Assembly: GCA_963769935.1 (NCBI GenBank) | Contig: CAVYNY010000011.1 | Span: 288,001-352,000, forward strand | Direction: 5' to 3' | DNA: 64,000 nt | From: an uncultured delta proteobacterium | Lineage (GTDB): Bacteria; Desulfobacterota; Desulfobacteria; Desulfobacterales; JAFDCJ01 | Shown: positions 57,484-64,000 of the stretch, piece by piece | Layout: each line of letters opens with the position of its first letter | How positions within the stretch are numbered: the first letter of the stretch is position 1 | The notes under the pieces: model-generated | Seen by the model: the letters and a program-made list of their open reading frames with translations, nothing else | Database searches by the model: none | Told to the model about the DNA's origin: nothing | Translations under genes and position numbers: made by a program

Positions 57484-57774
57484 TTGAAAACCTGGTCCTT
57501 TGGGCCAAGTCAGAGGAGATTGGCTTTGCCGTGAACCTATGCCGTGGAGTGATGGAATATTGGAATGTTGGAATACTGGGTTTGGCGGAATTAGATCTGT
57601 TTTTATATGAATGGCACGGACCAGACAATAAAATCAGACCATCAACCACTTTTGATCCGCTATAATCAATATTCCATTTTTCCAGTATTCCATTATTCCA
57701 TAGGTACTCTATCAGCAAACACCACCCCTATGGGGTGAAGTCAAAGCCTGACCCTCTGGGCCAGGATTCTTTAC
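57484..57774 (+). repeat. Dispersed repeat family A, copy 3
   Basis: Shares GTTGGAATACTGGG, AGATCTGTTTTTATATG, AAAATCAGACCATCA and TGGGGTGAAGTCAAAGCCTG with 11805-12054. Confidence 0.85.
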
Positions 57775-57780
57775 TTCAGC

Positions 57781-58551
57781 TTAAAAGCAACTGTACCCGC
57801 CGTCGATTACTACGGCATCACCGGAATGATAGGCGCTGGCATCGCTGGCAAAGTAGACGGCGATCGGGCCGAAATCAGCCGGGACCCCCCAGCGCCTTTG
57901 CGGAATGCGCGGGATGACATTTTTTTCGAACTTTTGCACGGCGAAAAGCGAAGCGGTCATATCCGTTTCAATCCAGCCGGGCAAAATTGCATTTGCCCTT
58001 ATGCCGTAGCGGGCATATTCAACCGCCAGCCCTCTGACAAGAGCAAGGACTCCCGCCTTGGTAGCGGCATAATGTTCGCCCGACGGCATCCCGTATTTGG
58101 CCGACAGGCTGCTGGTAGCAACCAGCGAGCCGCCGTCTCCTTTTTCCATCATATGCCGCACCGCCGCTCTGAAGGTGAAGAAGACGCCCTCCATGTTGAT
58201 GCCGAATATACGGCGCCATTCGCTGATATCCATTTTATGAAAAGCGGTCCCCATTCGCCCAACCCCCGCATTGGCAAAGCAGGCATCCACCTTGCCCAAT
58301 GTTTCCACGGTGCGCGCAAAGGTGTATTCCACGTGCTTTTCGTCGGAAACGTCGCATTTAAAATCGATAACTTGCCGCCCGTGCAACCTCAGCTTTTCAG
58401 CCGCCGTTCTATTTTTTTGCTCATTTTGACCCCAGATGCAGATGTCGGCGCCGGCTTTGGCCAATGCCTCCGCCATTCCGAGGCCGATACCGCCGTTGCC
58501 GCCCGTAACCAGTGCGGCTTTGCCGGTAAGATCGAATGTTGAATTTGCCAT
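57781..58551 (-). CDS. Short-chain dehydrogenase/reductase (KduD-like)
   Basis: TGGNGGIG, YAATK and NAILPG motifs. Confidence 0.92.
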   Translation of the reverse strand: MANSTFDLTGKAALVTGGNGGIGLGMAEALAKAGADICIWGQNEQKNRTAAEKLRLHGRQVIDFKCDVSDEKHVEYTFARTVETLGKVDACFANAGVGRMGTAFHKMDISEWRRIFGINMEGVFFTFRAAVRHMMEKGDGGSLVATSSLSAKYGMPSGEHYAATKAGVLALVRGLAVEYARYGIRANAILPGWIETDMTASLFAVQKFEKNVIPRIPQRRWGVPADFGPIAVYFASDASAYHSGDAVVIDGGYSCF

Positions 58552-58626
58552 GCTAAGTCCCCCTGTTTACTAATATGAAAATATTAACTTAGACCCAACC
58601 GGATCCGCGGAGAACCAAAAAAGAAT

Positions 58627-59316
58627 TTAATCACGAAAGCACGAAAGGACGAAAACACGAAAAAGGGAAAAGATAAATTTCGTGCTTGCTAGATTTTCGT
58701 GTTTTCGTGGTGATCCGCCGTATTCATGCACGATTCCGCCGGGTCCGGCATTGATAACGACAGTATCGCCCAATCGATCGCTCATGCCGGAGCTTGCATG
58801 AATGTGCCCGCAGACAACCAATCCCGGTTTTTTTATATTTACTGTCTCTCGCACAGCCCGACTTCCCAGACTCCTGCCGTCGGATGAGCGATCCAAAATC
58901 CCTTTGGGCGGTGAGTGGCTGACCAGTATACAGCCCGGCGGGCAGCCGCGCAGTATTCCAAAGGCTTCTTCTTCCGAAAAATCGTAGCTCCATGGGCCGA
59001 AGGGAGTTGTCGGTATGCCGCCGCCGATGCCGTAAAAAACAATATCCTCAATGGTTATCCGGCTGCCGTGCAGAACATGGGCACTATGCCACGAGCGGCA
59101 GGCATTTAATAGTTCTTCTTCGGATTCGCTGTTTCCGGGCACCAACACGGTCGGCTTTTCAATCGGGGTCAAAGCGTTGATTATTTCCGCCAAGCCTCTG
59201 CGCCCAATGCAGAAATCGCCGGCTCCGACGACGACGTCAACGTTTTTGGACATTTCCACCAATTTTGATGCCGTTCGAAAATCGCTGTGCAAATCGCTGA
59301 ATAGAAGCAGCTTCAT
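58627..59316 (-). CDS. Metallophosphoesterase
   Basis: SDLH, GAGD, PGNSE, SHSPP and CGHIH motifs; the last residues are read from a repeat array. Confidence 0.88.
   Translation of the reverse strand: MKLLLFSDLHSDFRTASKLVEMSKNVDVVVGAGDFCIGRRGLAEIINALTPIEKPTVLVPGNSESEEELLNACRSWHSAHVLHGSRITIEDIVFYGIGGGIPTTPFGPWSYDFSEEEAFGILRGCPPGCILVSHSPPKGILDRSSDGRSLGSRAVRETVNIKKPGLVVCGHIHASSGMSDRLGDTVVINAGPGGIVHEYGGSPRKHENLASTKFIFSLFRVFVLSCFRD
58631..58712. repeat. Inverted short tandem arrays (CACGAAA / TTTCGTG)
   Basis: TCACGAAAGCACGAAAGGACGAAAACACGAAA ... TTTCGTGCTT..TTTTCGTGTTTTCGTGG. Confidence 0.75.
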
Positions 59317-59357
59317 ATCTAAAGGCCCTTAGACTACAGTATGTTGTCGGAACCTAA

Positions 59358-59540
59358 GGTTTCGGGTGTGCCGAAGGCGGACCGCCGGCCAAAACAACGT
59401 CCGATCTGATCGAAAAAGCAACATAATAGTTCACCGCAGAGCTCGCAGCCTCCGGCCCATAGGGCCTACGCCCCGGTGGGAGAACGCCGAGAAAGTAAAT
59501 ATCAATTAGCCTCTGCGATCTGCGTTCTCAGCGGTGAGAC
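59358..59540 (-). repeat. Dispersed repeat family B, copy 2
   Basis: Reverse complement matches 6611-6798. Confidence 0.85.
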
Positions 59541-59542
59541 CC

Positions 59543-60277
59543 TTACATAAAATGGTTCGAATTGAAACCGGCGGCTCGCAGCAGCGGTTGATTGAGTTCA
59601 GCCAGCGAAGTTCTGCTATCGTCCGAATACAGCCAGCGGTGCATGTTGCTCTTAACAGAAGGCCAATCGTGGTCCAACATTGCGAACCAGGCGGTGTCCC
59701 GATTCCGGCCTTTGATGATATAATGCTGCCGGAAAAGGCCTTCGAAGCTGAAGCCAAGTCTTAAGGCCGCTGCCCGCGACCGTGCATTGAGGGCATCGCA
59801 TTTCCACTCGACGCGCCTGTATTTTAAGACATCAAATGCTTCGGCCAGCATCAGATAAATCGTCTCGGTATTGACTTTTGTGTGATGAACGATCGGCGAA
59901 TACCAGATGTTGCCGACCTCCAGACATCGCATCCTGGGAACAATATTCAAAAAGCTCACAACGCCCACCCGTTGGTTCAGTTCCTTTGATGTTACGGTTA
60001 GGAACAAAGGGTCGGTCGAGGCTTCACAAGTCCTTAACCACTGCTGCATTTCCGTCTCATCCGAGAAGGGGCCATAGGGCATATAAGTCCAGAGCCGGAC
60101 TTTTTCTTCACTGTCGTGTGAATTTCGATACAGCTCGGCAGCATCTGCTTCAGGATCGACCGAACCCAGATTGACATATCGACCCGCGTAAGGTCCGCGT
60201 CCGGGCGGTTGGGTCGGTGTGCAATTTTCAACCAATTCGCCCAAAGGTAAATCCGCATAAGCCGGGCTTTTAATCAT
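59543..60277 (-). CDS. GNAT acetyltransferase, RimJ/RimL-like
   Basis: LWTYMPYGPF and YRRVEWKCDALNARSRAAALRLGF.FEG.FRQ...KGRNRDTAWF. Confidence 0.9.
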   Translation of the reverse strand: MIKSPAYADLPLGELVENCTPTQPPGRGPYAGRYVNLGSVDPEADAAELYRNSHDSEEKVRLWTYMPYGPFSDETEMQQWLRTCEASTDPLFLTVTSKELNQRVGVVSFLNIVPRMRCLEVGNIWYSPIVHHTKVNTETIYLMLAEAFDVLKYRRVEWKCDALNARSRAAALRLGFSFEGLFRQHYIIKGRNRDTAWFAMLDHDWPSVKSNMHRWLYSDDSRTSLAELNQPLLRAAGFNSNHFM

Positions 60278-60293
60278 AATCGTGTTACCTCTT

Positions 60294-60755
60294 TCAACTT
60301 TCTTCTTTCCGCTCCCATAACTGGCGCGTCACCTGGGCGTGTCCCAGGTGCAGGGCGGTGTGCTCCAATGCGTGAGCCAGGGCCCAGCCCGCGGTAAAAT
60401 TTCGGTCGTCCCGGGTAGAAATACATGTCTGTTTTAAGTTGTCGAGCGTTAATTTCTCCACCACGCCCTTGACATAAACCAGACTCTGATCGAGACGCTC
60501 GGCCAGCTTTGCGGCATCAAGCCCCCGGACCTCGAACTCAGCCGCGCGGTTGCGGTCGGACGGATCCTGACAGGCCACATCGCCGATCCAATACCGTTCC
60601 GCCCCGGTTGCATGAAAAATAAGTACGCCTAGCGAATTCATGTCGGGTCCGGGAACCCAGTCCAGGGCAGCTTGAGGAAGTTCTTTTACGGTTTTTTTCA
60701 GATCCTCGTGCAGACTTTGAAGCCGTTCCAGATAATCCGCGAAAAATGGTTCCAT
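60294..60755 (-). CDS. DinB/DUF664 family protein
   Basis: NSLGVLIFH..GAE.YW...R.RAAEF...HALEH.A.H.GH metal-binding pattern. Confidence 0.85.
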   Translation of the reverse strand: MEPFFADYLERLQSLHEDLKKTVKELPQAALDWVPGPDMNSLGVLIFHATGAERYWIGDVACQDPSDRNRAAEFEVRGLDAAKLAERLDQSLVYVKGVVEKLTLDNLKQTCISTRDDRNFTAGWALAHALEHTALHLGHAQVTRQLWERKEES

Positions 60756-60834
60756 AGATGTCCTCCCGGTTTGTTAAAAAGAGTAAAAGTCTAACGCCAA
60801 CAGCAGCTTTCGTTTTCCTAAAGAAATATAAGAT

Positions 60835-62295
60835 TCATGATGATTCGCCATCGGCGTCGAGCAGCATCATATTATTCAAGTATTCTGTGAGCATAAACTC
60901 GGATACATCACAGGGTAGGGCCTCCAGCAGCATGTTGACTTTTTCCATGTTTTCGGGCGGCGCAACACCCGTCACACCGGCCATTTCAGCCAGTTTGAAA
61001 AAGGTCGCTTCGTCAAAGCCGAGGGAGAGTTTTTTTAGTTCCTCCTGCAGGTCCCGGGTCTCCTGGTCCATTTCTTCCTGTTTCATTTCTGCAACCGTCT
61101 CTGCTAAAGCCCTTAGTAAGGCTTCTGCCTGGGGGACCGTGGCGCGGTTCATTGAAACATGGAGATTAGAGGGGGAATTGTCCCGGGCAAACTGAGGCTG
61201 CAGATACCATCCCTTGGCCTTCATTTTATCGGCCAGCCGGTAAACGTTAATTTTTTCAGCAGTCGATGTCAAGGCAAACATGCACATGCCCGGTTGACCC
61301 AATACTTTCAATCCGTCGATGCGCTCGATACCCTCAATTAATTTTTGCGTGGCCTGCATCACTTCGGCGACGATTTTCATGTAACCGTCGTCGCCCATAT
61401 ATTTTAGAACCGCCCAGGCTGCAGCCATGGGGCCGCCGCTTTTACTGCTGGTAACCGCAGGGTTGATCACGGTGTAGCCGGTCCAGCGGGAGCAGGCCCA
61501 GATTTGAAATTTTCTAAGCTCCTTGTTTTTATAAAGAACAATGGAGGCGCCTTTAGCAGCATATCCGTATTTGTGAAGATCAACCGACAAGGACGTCACA
61601 CCGGGCACATTCATATTAAAGTCCGGTACATCGTAGCCCAGCCGGCGCATGTAGGAAAGATGGATGCCGCCCACACAGGCATCCACATGACACAGCAGCC
61701 CTTTTTCTTGGGCCAAGGCGGCGATTTCAGCAATCGGGTCCATGACGCCGTGCGTATACCCGGGTGCCGAGCCGACCAGCAATATCGTATTGTCGGTAAC
61801 GGCATCGCGCATCGCACCCACATCCGCCAGAAAGGTGTCGTCATGCACCGGTGTTACAACCGGTTTTACGCCCAGATAGTGGGCCGCCTTGAAAAGGGAG
61901 GCGTGCGCTGTGATCGGCAGAACCATTTCCGGTGCTTTAATTTGGGGTCTGGTGGCCCGTGAATAGTCCCGGGCAGTTTTGACTGCCAGCATCAGACTCT
62001 CCGTTCCGCCGGAAGAAAAATTGCCGACGACCTCGTTGCTGCAGCCCAGCAGATTAGCAGTCATTGAGACCACCTCATTTTCCAGGCGCAGAAGACTCGG
62101 AAACGATAACGGATCGAGACCATTTTCGGCAAGATAAAGGATATAGGCGTCATTGATAACATCATGAACTTTTTCTCCGGGATCATAGATGTAGCCAAAA
62201 ACCCGGCCGGACTTCCAGTCCAGATCGGCGCCTTTGTAGCTTTTCAGTGTTTGAAAGATTTCTTCTTTCGACAAACCTTTTGACGGTATTTTCAT
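60835..62295 (-). CDS. PLP-dependent group II decarboxylase-fold enzyme, sphingosine-1-phosphate lyase-like
   Basis: SSGGTES, GSAP...GVMDPI, HVDACVGG and SVDLHKYGY motifs. Confidence 0.85.
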   Translation of the reverse strand: MKIPSKGLSKEEIFQTLKSYKGADLDWKSGRVFGYIYDPGEKVHDVINDAYILYLAENGLDPLSFPSLLRLENEVVSMTANLLGCSNEVVGNFSSGGTESLMLAVKTARDYSRATRPQIKAPEMVLPITAHASLFKAAHYLGVKPVVTPVHDDTFLADVGAMRDAVTDNTILLVGSAPGYTHGVMDPIAEIAALAQEKGLLCHVDACVGGIHLSYMRRLGYDVPDFNMNVPGVTSLSVDLHKYGYAAKGASIVLYKNKELRKFQIWACSRWTGYTVINPAVTSSKSGGPMAAAWAVLKYMGDDGYMKIVAEVMQATQKLIEGIERIDGLKVLGQPGMCMFALTSTAEKINVYRLADKMKAKGWYLQPQFARDNSPSNLHVSMNRATVPQAEALLRALAETVAEMKQEEMDQETRDLQEELKKLSLGFDEATFFKLAEMAGVTGVAPPENMEKVNMLLEALPCDVSEFMLTEYLNNMMLLDADGESS

Positions 62296-62425
62296 TCCAA
62301 TTCCCCCGATTTTTTTTTGAAGGTTGCAGACCGACAGAGAATCGATTTCCAGCTTTTTCATTTTTCCCGGCCCGGCAGCGGCGGCAGACGGATTCCAGAG
62401 CACGGCGTCAAAAAAATTTCCAATA

Positions 62426-63991
62426 TCATCTCGGGTAGCCCGTAATCTCTCGAATACGCTCGTAGAGAGGTTTCAGGCGCTTGTACATCTTTTTATAAAC
62501 ATCATGGTAAAGCGCATCGTAAAGTTGGTGATTCTTCCGGTTCGGTTCGAAGACTTCGCCCACATGGGTCATGGTTTTTACGGCGGATTTAAAATCGGGG
62601 TGCAGTTCCAGCCCGACGGCGGCGTCAATGGCGGCACCCAGCCCCGAAGTTTCATAGATGCGGGGTTTGGCCGTAGGTAATCCGAAAATGTCGGCGGTAA
62701 TTTGCATGGCATTGCGGCTCTGGCTGCCGCCGCCGGATACCCTGAGGCTGGTAACCGGTGTGCGACTGCGCTTTTCGATGCGTTCTTTGCCGTCCCGCAG
62801 GGCATATGCCAGGCCTTCCAAAATGGAGCGGTACAGATGGGCGCGGGTATGCACATCACCGAAACCGATAATCGCCCCCTTGGCTTCCGGACCCGGAGTT
62901 TTGACCCCGGGTGTCCAATAGGGTTGAAGCATCAACCCCATGGAGCCCGGTTCGATTTCGTCCACCAGCCGGTCAAAAAGCGCTTCGGGCGGCACCTCCG
63001 ATTCAGCCGCCTGCTGCAGCTCCGGGTAGCCGAACTGCTGCTTGAACCAGTTGACCATCCAGTAGCCCCTGAACACCTGAACTTCGACGGTATAGTATCC
63101 CGGTACGGCGGAAGGATAGGGGGGGATGAGAGGGATGGGCTCGACATATTTTTTGTGGGTGACGTTGATGGTGGCGGTGGTCCCGTAACTGAGACAGCCG
63201 ATATTGGAATCGAGGCTGCCGGAGCCGATGACTTCACAGGCCTTGTCGGCCGCCGCTGCAACCAGGGACAGTCCTTCCGGGATGCCGGTTTCCCGGGCTG
63301 CGGCAGCGGTTATCGTCCCGAGCAGCCGGCCGGGTGCTATGAGCTCCGGCATCATGGCGGGAGCGATGCAGGATAAAACCTGCCGTTTCCAGTCCCACCA
63401 GGCCGCCGGGCGCAAGCGCTTGTAATCGAAGGGAATGTAACCGACCTGACAGCCGATGGAATCGACAAATTTACCGACCAGCCGATACGTCAGGTACCCG
63501 GAAAGCAGCAGGTATTTATGGGTTTTTTGCCAGATCTCCGGCTGATAGGTGCTGATCCAGTTGGCTTCGGCTTCAGCCTGGAGGTAGGCCACAGTTTTTC
63601 TGAGACCGGTGATGCCGAAGATAAGACCCCACAAACCGCCAACCGGCGGCAGCCCATAGGTTTTGCGCTGATCCAGCCACAGAATAGCCGGTCGGAGAGG
63701 ATTGCCGCTTTTGTCGACATTTACCACGGTTGCCCGCTGCGTCGTGACGGCCATACCGGCGATGCGCTCCTTGAAGCGAGGGTGTTGCTGCCAGAGTCCC
63801 CGGCAGGCCCGGCAAAGGGAATCCCAGAAGACATTCGGATCCTGTTCGGCCCAGCCGGCCTGATCTGAGAAATAAGGCCTAAACGTTGCAATTTGGCAGG
63901 CCAGAATGTTCCCCTCCAGATCAAAGATCAGCGCTTTCAGGCTCTGGGTTCCGTTGTCAATGGCCAGCAGGAGGTCTTTGTCCACTGTCAC
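62426..63991 (-). CDS. FGGY family carbohydrate kinase
   Basis: [28 protein letters not shown] and VSGGGSQS motifs; GTG start at the window edge. Confidence 0.92.
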   Translation of the reverse strand: MTVDKDLLLAIDNGTQSLKALIFDLEGNILACQIATFRPYFSDQAGWAEQDPNVFWDSLCRACRGLWQQHPRFKERIAGMAVTTQRATVVNVDKSGNPLRPAILWLDQRKTYGLPPVGGLWGLIFGITGLRKTVAYLQAEAEANWISTYQPEIWQKTHKYLLLSGYLTYRLVGKFVDSIGCQVGYIPFDYKRLRPAAWWDWKRQVLSCIAPAMMPELIAPGRLLGTITAAAARETGIPEGLSLVAAAADKACEVIGSGSLDSNIGCLSYGTTATINVTHKKYVEPIPLIPPYPSAVPGYYTVEVQVFRGYWMVNWFKQQFGYPELQQAAESEVPPEALFDRLVDEIEPGSMGLMLQPYWTPGVKTPGPEAKGAIIGFGDVHTRAHLYRSILEGLAYALRDGKERIEKRSRTPVTSLRVSGGGSQSRNAMQITADIFGLPTAKPRIYETSGLGAAIDAAVGLELHPDFKSAVKTMTHVGEVFEPNRKNHQLYDALYHDVYKKMYKRLKPLYERIREITGYPR

Positions 63992-64000
63992 GCATACCTT

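Overview
Bacterial chromosomal window of moderately high GC with about 55 protein genes. No rRNA, tRNA or CRISPR array was seen. Gene content and repeat style resemble Desulfobacterales-type deltaproteobacteria (inference only). Metabolic and housekeeping genes include ilvD, an M20 amidohydrolase, a partial 2-aminobenzoyl-CoA monooxygenase (AbmA-like) cluster, an HDAC and several GNATs, an EmrAB-TolC efflux operon, hrpB, an HmfABC-like molybdenum hydroxylase, an ABC exporter, a cold-shock gene, recN, lplA, an S1P-lyase-like enzyme and an FGGY kinase. Standout features: (1) a lexA-DUF72-inactive Y-family polymerase-dnaE2 mutagenesis cassette with no imuA, whose sigma70 promoter is overlaid by three TTACAT direct repeats at 12-bp spacing (candidate LexA box); (2) a 5'-truncated four-helix-bundle gene inside that cassette, between inverted 8/9-bp repeat arrays, with several similar but empty inverted-array cassettes elsewhere; (3) two ungapped, about 87% identical TIR-transmembrane-periplasmic-domain genes 19 kb apart; (4) a toxin-antitoxin island (MNT with truncated HepT, AbiEi/AbiEii) containing a 414-bp element with perfect 16-bp terminal inverted repeats around an internally deleted RAYT-like transposase; (5) three families of dispersed intergenic repeats. 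Many single-base indels, most in short homopolymers at 27.9-33 kb, look like sequencing errors, so pseudogene calls there are provisional. All family assignments come from motif recognition by eye; no database searches were run.
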